From: Nemertoderma westbladi
Lineage: Eukaryota > Animalia > Xenacoelomorpha
Assembly: GCA_032718475.1 (NCBI GenBank)
Contig: JAUCBJ010003381.1
Coordinates: 55,453-119,452 of the forward strand
Direction of reading: 5' to 3'
Length of the DNA stretch: 64,000 bases
Shown here one piece after another: positions 12,784 to 24,100 of this stretch. A program made the translations under genes and the position numbers. The notes beneath the pieces are model-generated. The model did no database searches, was not told where the DNA came from, and saw only the letters and a program-made list of their open reading frames with translations. How positions within the stretch are numbered: the first letter of the stretch is position 1; every line of letters starts with the position of its first letter.

Positions 12784-13029
12784 CCGGTTATCGTTCATAT
12801 GCATACCTCTGGCAAAAGAAGCAGGTTACAGTGGTGGTGTTTTCTAACCAAAACAATAAACTAATCTCCATTACTTAATTAACGGAAAGGAGCAGGTTAC
12901 AGTGGTGGGCTTTTCTAACCAAAACAGCAAAACAATAAACAATATCTCAATAACATAGGGTATTTCATACTTATAGTCTTATTTTTGCAATACGAAAATA
13001 CCAGAGGTACGCATATGAACTATAACTGG
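12784..13029. mobile_element. ~245-bp MITE with ~29-bp TIRs carrying two copies of the 68-bp core repeat
   Basis: Left end CCGGTTATCGTTCATATGCATACCTCTGG versus right end reverse complement CCAGTTATAGTTCATATGCGTACCTCTGG. GGTAGGCC occurs at both ends (possible 8-bp TSD). A related inverted partial copy lies at ~15420-15590. Confidence 0.7.
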
Positions 13030-13335
13030 TAGGCCTATATATTATCAGTTATGGTCTGATGCGACTGATGGTATACCTGTATACTGTTTGTTATATATGG
13101 CACACAGGCACAGCAGCACAGGTATTGCATTAAGTTTTAAAGTTTCTGCCAAAGTGCTGAAGTGCCAACTAGCAAACAACACACTGATGTACAGATGTAC
13201 GGTACTCACACCTACACACACCTGCACACTACAGCACTAGGCAGCTACTGAGCTAGGCCCCTACCAGATGGCAGACAGGCGCATGTACTGCACTGCACTA
13301 CAGTCAGACAGTACTACTCACAGACTCAAGGCCTA

Positions 13336-14403
13336 CTAGAAGACATGCCGTGCAGACGTGCAGCCGACTGCTAGGCCCTAAAACTTATGGGCCATTTGCT
13401 TTTTTAAACAGTGCCACTGCTACACAGTGTACATGCAGAGTGCAGACGAGCAGACATGTGTACCGGTAACAGAATAAAGATTACTGATAAATGGCTATTC
13501 TTTCACTTGTATAGGACAGTAGGATGCATTACTGTATTGAAAGCATTTGATGGTTGTGGGTTGTTTATTGAACATACCGAATTGTGTCTTATTTTAGTAC
13601 TGACTCGCTTGGAATACGTAAGCCTACTAATGATAAACGACGTATAGGCATAGTTATGGGTAGCACCTATGCGTAGGTCGCGTAGGACCTACGCGTAGGT
13701 CGCGTAGGACCTACGCATAGATACGCGTAGCACCTACGCGTAGTTATTGTTAAAACTCTGAAACTGGTGATATATGACCCAATGTTGCGAACTACGCGTA
13801 GCTACGCGTAGGCCTACGCGTAGGTCGAAAAGATTTACCCTTAATTTTTATAGAATATACAGATATAGGTCCGAATATAATACTGTATAGAATATACAGA
13901 TACATAATACATATATAGATACGGTCAGACAGACATAAAGACATAATAGTTTTTGTTAAAAGTGAAAACTGACATTTGTAATAAATTTTGACAGATAAAC
14001 CAGTAAAACGTCAGAAAACCAATCCCAGATAGACACTTTTCACAGACACCACACAGAGCAGCAGAGTAAGGTTAACATTATCGCTCATAACTTTTGAACT
14101 ACTGTGACTGTCAAACTGTACATTAGCTCTATTAACAAACGGTTTGAAATTTTGAAATCTTCATTAAAAATCTGCAACAGGTGGGATTGAAAAGGGTCCT
14201 ACGAATAACACAAAAAAACACAATATTACCCAAATAAAACACAAAAATACACAAAAAAAAACACAAAAAAATTACACAAAAAAACACAAATACACAAAAA
14301 ACACAATATTACCCTTATGTGTATTGTGTAGCGGTGCACTGTAAAAAAAGTCGGCCCATAAGTTTTAGGGCCTAGCCGTCGGCTACACGGCCTGTCTTCT
14401 ACT
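13336..14403. mobile_element. Two outward-facing copies (13336-13413 and 14337-14403) of a CACTG-type (EnSpm/CACTA-like) terminus
   Basis: CACTGTAAAAAAAGTCGGCCCATAAGTTTTAGGGCCTAGC at 14337, and its reverse complement ending ...TTTTTTAAACAGTG at 13413. Confidence 0.45.
13660..13827. repeat. Cluster of palindromic CTACGCGTAG repeats
   Basis: Multiple CCTACGCGTAGG / CTACGCGTAG words in two blocks (13660-13743 and 13790-13827). CpG-rich relative to the flanks. Confidence 0.85.
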
Positions 14404-15785
14404 GTAGTATACTTCTTGGTACTACTGTTTAATGTTTAATATTAATGTAAAGGAAGCATAAGCTTATTGTACAATGCCGCAACTTTTGGTTCTCAAGAGT
14501 TTCCAAGAGTGCTGATGCGGAATTGTGATACAGTATATAAGATACATAAGATGTGTCATGAGATACACATATACTGTATATAGTGTCATAAGCGAAAAAT
14601 GTAAAAATTTTCTCTGCTCGCTTCGCTCGCTATTCAATATACATAGTATTATAATTTCACTATATCAAACTTCCGTATAATAGGTTTGATATAGTTATAT
14701 ACTGTTAGTAAACTGTTTTTTAGACGTTTTATTTAATATTATACTGTTATATAATATTTAAAAAAACCGTCAAAAATGAAATGTTAAAATTATTGAAGGG
14801 GGGGGGGGGGGGGTGGGGGGCGTTATTTCAGCTTCATTCCCCCGGGCGCTAGACTGCCAGAATGGCTCGCTACGCCTCTGCTTGCTGACTTGGGTTATGT
14901 AAAAATTAAACCAGCACAATATCCAAGTGTCCTGAAGCAGAGAAGTCAAAGTAGGCATCTAACCTGTCTAGCGGTCTATGTGAATTGTATGTAGGGCCTA
15001 TACAGACAGACAGAGGTATGGTACAGTATGATGTTATTAATATCGCCAGAATAACAATAAAATATACACAGGTGCTTATTTTTGCACATGTACATCAGAT
15101 TTAACATAAATTAACACGGCTAATAGCATGTACTGGTGCATGTACTGCGCTGTTCTGTTACTGTATAATAAAAATACGGATAATCAATGGTATTGGTATA
15201 GGCACAAAGTAAAAACCGAATACAGAATGAGTAAAATAATTAAAATGATATAGATTATTACGGTACTTAAATATACAGCTTGGTAGATATTAATTATTAA
15301 ATAACAAACAAATTACATAAAAAATGGCATGGTTGTTGTATGTTGTGTGGTATGCTATATGGTAAAGGTTGGCTAAGCTTGGCTAGCTTGGTTTTCGTTT
15401 GTTAGGTTTATTATTTTGGTCAGTCGGTTAGTTGGTCATTCCTATCCATAGCCGTACCTGTGTTATTTTCGTATATTGCAAAATTAAAATGTAACCTACA
15501 GTATGTTATTGTTATTGAGTTATCATCGTTTATTGTTTTGGTTAGCGATGTACCCGCCACTGTAACCTGCTCCTTTCCGTTAATTAAGAAATCTAGGGAG
15601 CCATACATATCAGCCTACAGTAGGCTGAGAAAACTGGGGGGTGTTCTCATGCAGCCTAGGCCACGTACTGACGTAGGCTGAGAAGACTGGGGTGTCATGG
15701 GGGACGGGGGGACGGTTTGAAAGTGAACAACACTAGGGTACTGCACTACAGCACTAGGCCTACCACATTCTGACATTAACCGCAA

Positions 15786-16684
15786 CCGGTGTAACAGGAA
15801 AATATGCCCCCCCGGGAAATGTGTCCGGGGGGGCATATTTTCCTAGGAAAAAATTCCCCCCCGGGCAAATTTCCCTAGGAAAAAATGCCCCCCCTTAGGA
15901 AATTATGCCCCCCCTGAATTATACAATAAACAAAACTTATTACTACTAAAACAATAAACAGTCACTTTACCAAATGAAGGAAAGGAGCAGGTTACAGAGG
16001 CAGGCCTTTCTAACCAAAACAACAAACGATCATTTAACTAATTGAGGGAAAGGAGCAGGTTACAGAGGCGGGATTTTCTAACCAAAACAATAAACAGTCA
16101 CTTTAGCAAATCAGGGAAAGGAGCAGGTTACAGAGACGGGATTTTCTAACCAAAACAATAAACGATAACATTACCAATTGAGAGAAAGGAGCAGGTTACA
16201 GAGGCGGGATTTTCTAACCAAAACAATAAACAATCACTTTACCAAATCAGGGAAAGGAGCAGGTTACAGACTTAAAAAAGCTTGGAGCTGCTCGGCGCCC
16301 ACACAACACCACACACTCGCACTGCTGTTATACCAGTACTTACTACAGTAGCCTACTGACTTAGATACTTCAGTGTGCTGTTCTACATCCCTTACTGCCT
16401 TACCTGCTTACCTATACCGGCAGACCGGTACCGTACTATTCTTCCAACTATTACAAGTTCTGCAGTTGGTAGATTAAAAGTGGCTACCAGCAGACCGGTA
16501 TCGTACCAGTTTTCAGACTTTTGAGGGGGGCTAATTTTCCTGAGGGGAGGCATTATTTCCTAAGGAGAAAATGCCCCCCCGGGCTAAATTTCCTAGGAAA
16601 AATTGCCCGGGGGGACATAAAATCCTAGGAAATAATGCCCCGGGGGGCATATTCTAGGGGGGGCTGATTTCCTTGTGACACCGG
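15786..16684. mobile_element. ~900-bp foldback/MITE with CCGGTGT termini, CCTAGG/C-run subterminal repeats and an internal 68-bp tandem array
   Basis: Left end CCGGTGTAACAGGAAAAT versus right end reverse complement CCGGTGTCACAAGGAAAT. Repeated TTCCTAGGAAA/GCCCCC motifs at both ends. GAAAGGAGCAGGTTACAGA at 15980, 16048, 16116, 16184 and 16252. No clear TSD. Confidence 0.75.
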
Positions 16685-16968
16685 CTGACCGATCAGTTGC
16701 ACTGGACTGCTGGAAACTGGAACACTGGAAGGTGGAAAGCCAGGAAGCAAATAGTCAGGATTCAGTCAGTACAGCAGTAGCCACAACTGAACGTGTCTGA
16801 AAATCTAGCGCCTTTCAGCAAGCAGTGAGGTACCGGTAGGTACATACTGTAGGCCTATCTGCCCATAAACAGAGGCCTGTACTGTAGGTACTGTTCCCAT
16901 AGCAGTCTAATTGAGTACCGTACCGGTACCACTACACACTAGTTCAGTACTGTAATTGTAGAGATAGA

Positions 16969-17679
16969 ATGCAAAACGCCGGAGATAATATGCCAAAGGC
17001 CATTGAGCTCCACGATTTTGGCACTGCACCCCAGTCTTTGATTATTCGTTCATCCCTTCTGTCGCTAAGTGAGGAGAGCTATACCGGGAAAACTCCACTG
17101 TGGCAGATGCAGGGGTTTATTATGTCTATGGTAACATATCAGAATGCTTCTCGCTCATCGCCCATCATAAACATGCTTACATCAGACGTCACTGGATGTA
17201 AAAAGGTAAATGACAATTTCGCTATTTCTGTCGAAAACCACAAAACATCGAAAACCTATGGAAGCCAAGTATTTATTGTATCTGGGACAACTTTACAATT
17301 GATTAATCAATGGATAACGTTTGGTCGCGGGCAGTACACCAGCGATTTGTCGAATGCCTGCAACCGTGTGTTTGTTAGCCCAAGTGGCCGACCCTATCAT
17401 AGTATTACCCTAATACTACAACGTATTTGGAAGGTCATCTTCCCGCAATCAGTTGCTAAAGCAGGGACGACCTCCGTTAGACATAGTGTTAGTTGCTTCA
17501 ATCAAGAATTCCCCGGCACGGAAGCGGACCAAAACAAAGTTGCTAAATTAATGAGCCATTCCCTCAATACGCAGCGCCACACTTACGATACCATCATTCG
17601 ACCACAAGAGGCAAATATTGCATACAGTAGAATCAAACGAATGATTTCGAAATCAATTCCCGAAGAAAATGAGATGTAA
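16969..17679 (+). pseudogene. 5'-truncated inverted copy of the YR gene (catalytic domain only, 236 aa, frame open)
   Basis: Matches the C-terminal 235 aa of the 10382-12694 ORF with 9 substitutions. The ATG is created at the junction (ATG CAA versus CGC CAA). Confidence 0.8.
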
Positions 17680-19216
17680 CTAAGTGTAGTGTGGCATTTA
17701 ATGCTTACAATCATATACTGTAATAATATGTTTTGGTTAATTGCAATTAAATGAAAAACTAGATTAATATTACTATTCCGTTATATGATAGGACATGGAC
17801 ACAATGGAAATTTATATTATCTTAGGGATTTTTTTCAGTTTAGGATTATATTGTACTGTTTAAATGGGCCCTGACCACCGTCCGCACATATTAACAATAT
17901 TGTGTTTGTATGTATCCGTTTCACTTTGAGCTTTAAATGTGCTACATACATATTTTGTCCGTGTTTAAGCCTTTATTAGCTTATATAATTGTAACCTTAG
18001 CTTGTATTCAGATTTTCTACTTGTTTTGGTTACTGTTTAGTCAATCATTTGTTCTGATATGATTTATAAATAATTTTTTAAATAATAATTAAACTTTTAT
18101 CTTATTCGGCAGTTATCGTATTCTCAGTTCTCGTTTTGAATATTCTAATTGTTTTTGGTCAATCAGTTATTAGTCATTAAAGTCATTAGTTATAGACAGT
18201 TGCTTCTTCTTATCGTTTTTACATACTTCACATAATTCATAAATAATTTTTACATAGAAACATAATTCCAGGGTATATAACCCCCCCCCCCCCCCCCCCC
18301 CTCCTATGCCTTGATATGGCTATGTCAGAGTGAAACGCGGGAGGCAACCTAAAGAGTCTATCTTCTTTCTCTTGGAAGTTGCCTGTAACCTACCTCATCA
18401 ATTGCAGGTTGATTTAACTAAGATGTGCCAATAATGCTCCCACAGGAACCATCAGCTATTACAAAAAGCCCGATAATTGTCAATCATCTAAGTAATCTTC
18501 AGGATAACCAATTTCATAATTATAATAGTCGATTTTTTTGGAGTCCAGCCAATGGCATTCTAGAACGGTTTATGTAGCACAATGTAGCGACGTCATTAAG
18601 TACGCTGATTTGCCAACCCTGCGAGTTGGTAAATATTCGGATTCTAGGCCTGGGACGGTATTATGATGGGGGGTGGTAGTGCTGGTGTCAAGTCTAGCAT
18701 GTCAAGTCAAGTATATCAAAATAAATTAGAAATTAGAACCTTAACATTCCTACACCATTACTGAATATAGTGTCTTTCTTTTAGTGTCGATATTATATTG
18801 CACCAGTTGCGCCGTTATTCTTCGTACTGTATTTATAGTGAATTCTGGGTTCCAAAGGAAAGGTCATGGAAGCGTGTCAGAAAACGCGGCTAAAAGCGCG
18901 GAAAAAACGCCTCAACGAAAATGGCCTTCTCAGTAGGCCTTGTGCAAATTATTATTTTTTTTCTACCTTTGGCGTTTTATGGACTTCAATTGACGAAATT
19001 GTTTCATAATGCGATTAAGTTGTGACAATGAAAAGATATATGCATAAATAATGGAATCAAGTGTATTCACAGTGTTGAAGTCAATGGCTTCTATGTCCAA
19101 CTCAATTTATCGATTAAACTCAATGATATTGAATTTATTTTCCTTAAAGTTACCCACTCTTCTACACATGTGTGTGAAAGTCAAAGCCAAGCTAACATTA
19201 AAGCATAGAACATCGC

Positions 19217-19337
19217 CGTGACCGTCACAAAGGTCGAACCCCCCTCCCCCTGTCACAAAATGTCACGCAAAAAAGACTGTCTACCCCCCCCCCCCCCCCC
19301 CCCCCTAGTGCGTGACATACTTTATGAACGCCCCCCT
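19217..19337 (-). mobile_element. Terminal fragment of a small DNA element (PIF/Harbinger-MITE-like end); second copy at ~24797-24917
   Basis: GTCAC repeats, a C-run and the end GCGTGACATACTTTATGAACGCCCCCCT. Confidence 0.4.
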
Positions 19338-20309
19338 TGTCATTTTATCGACTTCAATTGACGAAATAGTTCCATTATGCGATTAAGTTTTAACAATGAA
19401 AACATTTATGCATAAATATTGTAGCAGACATAGCCTGTTTAAGTGATCACATTACTTGAGGCACTTGACTTCTCTTGGCGGAAGAAATTCAAGTCATGAA
19501 TTTCAATTCAAGTATGTCAAGTCTGGTCAATTCAAGTACATATGTCGGGTCAATTATTTTGTCAAGTCAAGTCCTAGTTTGTCAAGTAAAGTGTATCAAG
19601 CGAAGTCTAGTATGCCAAGTCAAGCACATTTATATCAAGTGAAGTCAAGTATATCACGTCAGTTATGTCAGGCCAAGTCATGTCAAGTCAATAATTTCAA
19701 GTCAAGTAAAATATGTTAATTTGTCAAGTCAAGTAATGTACAGTATGTTACGTAAATATGTCAACAGAAGTATATCAAATCAAATAGGCCTATATCTTTA
19801 AGTCAAGTGGAGTATGACAAATAAATTATGTCAAACCAAAAATCACAAGCCATGTCAAGTACCGATATGTCAAATCAAGTATGACAAGTCAAGTATGTCA
19901 AATGAAGATGGTAGAAATGAAATGATAGATGGGATTCAGTTGTTTCGGTCGCTCTCTCTATGTATAGATAGTAAACAGCAACACAGATTAGCGACGAACT
20001 TTATATGAAATACCAGTTGAAGACAGTTTTTACTTAGAAACCATGAAATGGAGACATAGCTTAATTCGCATTATTTTATAATGAAACAGTAAACGAAATT
20101 TTCATATCTATTTTAGTTTTGGAGTTATTTGATTTTTTGTAGACCTCACTTATTTTGAAATTAGTATAAATTTAAGTGGTCAATTTTTTGTAAGATAAGC
20201 TATTACTTTTTCAACATACTATAATTGTATTTGTCCTACAGGATAATTTTCGCTATGAGTTTTCCTGTTCAGTGATTTCATTTCAATTGTTACTTTCCAC
20301 GGCTGACGG

Positions 20310-20778
20310 ATTCTAGACTGTCCATCAGTCTGTCTGTCTGTCTGTGTGTCGGTTTGTCTGTCAAAATTAGGGAAATATGATATGTAACAAAATATTTTGC
20401 TTGTGGGTGAAATGAAATCACTGACCAAGAAAACCCCATAATTATTTGTTAATTTGATATATTTCTCAATTTTGACAGACAAAAGACAAACAGGACAGAC
20501 AGACCGACAGACAGACAGACGTAAAAACATTAAATAATCAATCAAACGTAAAAAAAATAGCTACCGGAAATGAAATTACCGACCAAGAAAACCCCATAAA
20601 TAGATATGTTTCTTAATTTGATTTATTTCTCAATTTTGACAGAAAGACAGACCGACAGACAGACGTACAAACATTAAACAATAAATCAAACGTAAACATA
20701 GATATCAGAAATGAAATCACCAACCAAGAAAACCCCATATATAAATTTTTTTGTTAATTTGATTTAGTTCTCAATTTC

Positions 20779-20816
<38 letters not shown>

Positions 20817-21155
20817 AAGTCTAGATTTCTTTAAACTGGAAAAGTGAAATTTTAACTGTAATTACCACCCAGTGACATTTTAAATGTTATCACCACCCAG
20901 AAAAACCTTATAACACAAATTTTGAACAGTTTGTGCACTTCTTAAATTTTAACAGACTGACAAACCAAAAACAGACAGACTGACTGACATGCAGACAATC
21001 GTCTAGAATCGATATATAGTGAAAACCGATATCGTATTATAAATCATCGGCAAATAAAAACCCAATAGCAAAAAAATTTAGGTGGTGGTGTTATATTTAT
21101 TTATTTGTTACATTTTTGACAGAGAAACAGACAAGTATTCAGACAAACAGACAGA
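20310..21155. repeat. (GACA)n-rich element with ~3 tandem modules (CCAAGAAAACCCCATA...AATTTTGACAGA); possibly a non-autonomous Helentron-type element; copy at 25890-26735
   Basis: Repeated modules at ~20410, ~20570 and ~20710, separated by ACAG microsatellites. Confidence 0.5.
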
Positions 21156-24100
21156 GTGACCTCCAATAAAAATACAAATTAAAATATTGTCGCCAAAGTT
21201 CCATACACTGATGTGTATCTGAATTCTGACGTATGTACCTAATGTTTTACAAGTCTGCTTTGAAATATCGTAAAAGTTTACATAATAATCCCCCAATTAC
21301 AGAAAATTGGCGGGAACGTTTGAAACTCTCATAACTTTAAAGCCGTTTTTCTCAAAACTTTGTTAATATTTGGTCATTAGACTACTAATTTTCAAAACTC
21401 AATATCTTTATCGGATTTGAAATCTGTTTTCAGTGTTCGATTCAGCATAAAAATGTGTATTTGAATCAATAAAAAAACACAAAATTATTTTTTGTAACCG
21501 TAGGTCGGATTCTTGATCAAACCCCACATTTTTAGATAATTAGTCATTATTATCATATGTAATAAATCACACAAGAATTTGCACCACAGGTTTCTTGGAC
21601 GTATTTTTAACTTGTATATTTATTTTTTATACAACAGACGTGTTTCATCAGTACTAATTACATAATTTGTTACATTATTCATTCTTGCTGTATATATTGC
21701 ATATTATAATGGCGAATTAATGCTATTAACTTTTGACGCATTTGCAACTATATATATATATATTTCATGTGTATGATAAAAAGGCATATATGTTACATAC
21801 ATATATCGCATCATTTTACTACAATTCAACATTATTTTGGTGATAGCATTAACTAATGTTTCCTTTATTAAATGAGAATAAAATATTTAAAACAAAAATA
21901 ATATCTAAAAGTATTAGTTAGTTAGTTTATTTATGATGATCTTAATCTGATGATTGTAATCTGAACACTGTATATTGTATAATTCATAGCCCCATAATAA
22001 AAATAAATTGGCAAGATACCATCATATCAGTTCATTATTACCAGCATTAATTCAACACAGTGGCGATCCACTTAGACTATTTACTCTATCTAATGGAAAC
22101 TACCCATTTACAAGCGAGTTTATCAAAAGTGAAGCAGTTTAGCACAGAAAAAGCTTTCTTCGTGGTGGATTAAGTAATTTTATGTTCATTGGTACTTTGC
22201 ACTGGTTGAACAAAAAAATAGTGTGTGACATCTGACTTTAGACCAAAAATACACTGAGAGCGCCACTAAGGCGTAATCGTTACAAGTAGTCAATACGCCC
22301 AGATATCCATGATAACGCCCTTGTTACATTTCCCAAAATCGTTAAAACGCCGTTATACATAACCATTTATGTCGAATTCGCTACGTGTTACATCCATATA
22401 TATATATATATATATGTATAACGAACCTTTTACGCCCATTGAATATGTAAAAACGGTTTACATATGCAGTGGCGATTTCGTTCCCAAATATATATTGACG
22501 TTCTGTACTCATTCGAAGATACTTTGTAAAGCGCATGAAAATAATGAGTGTATACAGTAGCGTTTTCGTCAAGAAAAAATTCGTCAAAACTTACGATCTT
22601 TTAAAAAAACACAGTATGTTAGTTTTATACAGTATAATTATGTAACAAAAATTGTTAAGTGTAGGTAAACTTTACTGACTTTCAAGTACTGTACAAGTAG
22701 AGTAGTTGTATTGAGTAGGATATCAGCCTACTGTATATACAGTAGTGCAAAATTACTGTAGGCCTACTATACATTCCGATTATTCTGTGTTTCTGTTTAT
22801 TTATTATTTAATTATTAATTCACAACCAAGTTTGATATATTTTGTTTTATTAAAACCCTATATCACTATATAACCTGACAATTTCAAATGGGAAGGGGGG
22901 GGGGATATACGCAAGAAATATTTAACCTACTTCAAGGGAAAATCGATGCGCAAATACCACCAACCAGCAAGAATGAAATGGGAACTTACGATATAAACTC
23001 TCATGTCACTCAGTTTCCCCTTTCTTCACACATTTATTCCCCTTGTAAGCTTAATCCGTGCTTTGTTAGCGTTAGGTAAACATGCGAACATTAAACATAC
23101 AATTTCATTTCAGACGTTAATAAAATTATGTTTTGACGACCAACAAGTTACATTACATACTGTAGTAGGCCTATGTAAAAAAACGATGATACGTAAACAT
23201 TGATACGTAAACAATGATACGTAAAGTCAATCGCCAGAGACTTGACTTTACCTGACATACTTGACTTGACTTGACATTGACTTGAAATATACCCCATTTG
23301 GCTTTGTCATCCTTCAGTTGATATAATTCAATTCTCATACTTGATTTGACATACACATACTTGACTTGAAATTCTTCTGCCAAAAGAAGTCAAATATGCT
23401 AAGTTAAGTACGTCAACTTTAAGTCAAGTAAAGTGATCACTTAAACAGGCTATGATTTCTACATTATTTATGTATACATTTTGTCATTGTCACCACTATA
23501 TTTCGTCAATTTAAGTCGATGAAATGCCAAAGGTAGGAAAAAATAAACATTTAAAGTCACAAATACGCCACAAATAATCCAAGTCGACATTTTATATATA
23601 GGAATATATAATGTAACAAATTCTCCAATCGGTGTTGCTAAAACGCCTTTCGTATAAAAAATAAATCTAAAGGGTTACAAATACGACGTATTTGTAACCC
23701 TTTAGATTTATTTTTAAACTTTCCGCGATGTGAAGACAAGCTTTGTATGTGACGACATACAAAGCTTGTCTTCATATCGCGGAAAGTTTTGCTATCAGTC
23801 GCATTTTTTCTAAGCCCTGACATATTATGCATTAAGCCTATTTATATTAGCCTACTGTACCAGACTGAAAATTATATTTTTTAGATTGTTGGCTGGTTAT
23901 ATTTACTTAACATACTGTACTTTATTTGACATACAGTATTTGACTTAGCTTATTCTACTTGACATAATTGACTTGACATACTTGACTTGACAAAGTTGAT
24001 TTAACTAAGATGTGCCAATAATGCTCCCACAGGAACCATCAGCTATTACAAAAAGCCCGATAATTGTCAATCATCTAAGTCATCTTCAGGATAACCAATT

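Larger units (their letters stand above)
18408..22393 (+). repeat. Segment B (~4 kb), directly duplicated at ~23995-28012
   Basis: Offset ~5580 bp. Paired ORFs 19456/25036, 19814/25394 and 20219/25799 are near-identical. Confidence 0.92.

Noticed and set aside
15945-16270. CRISPR-like repeat-spacer array
   Set aside because: The inter-motif segments are homologous to each other, so this is a plain 68-bp tandem repeat in a eukaryotic context.
8876-19065. Inverted arms as the TIRs of one giant TIR transposon
   Set aside because: The inner boundary falls in the middle of the YR coding sequence, the outer ends run into unrelated repeats, and no TSD is evident. It is better explained as a rearrangement.
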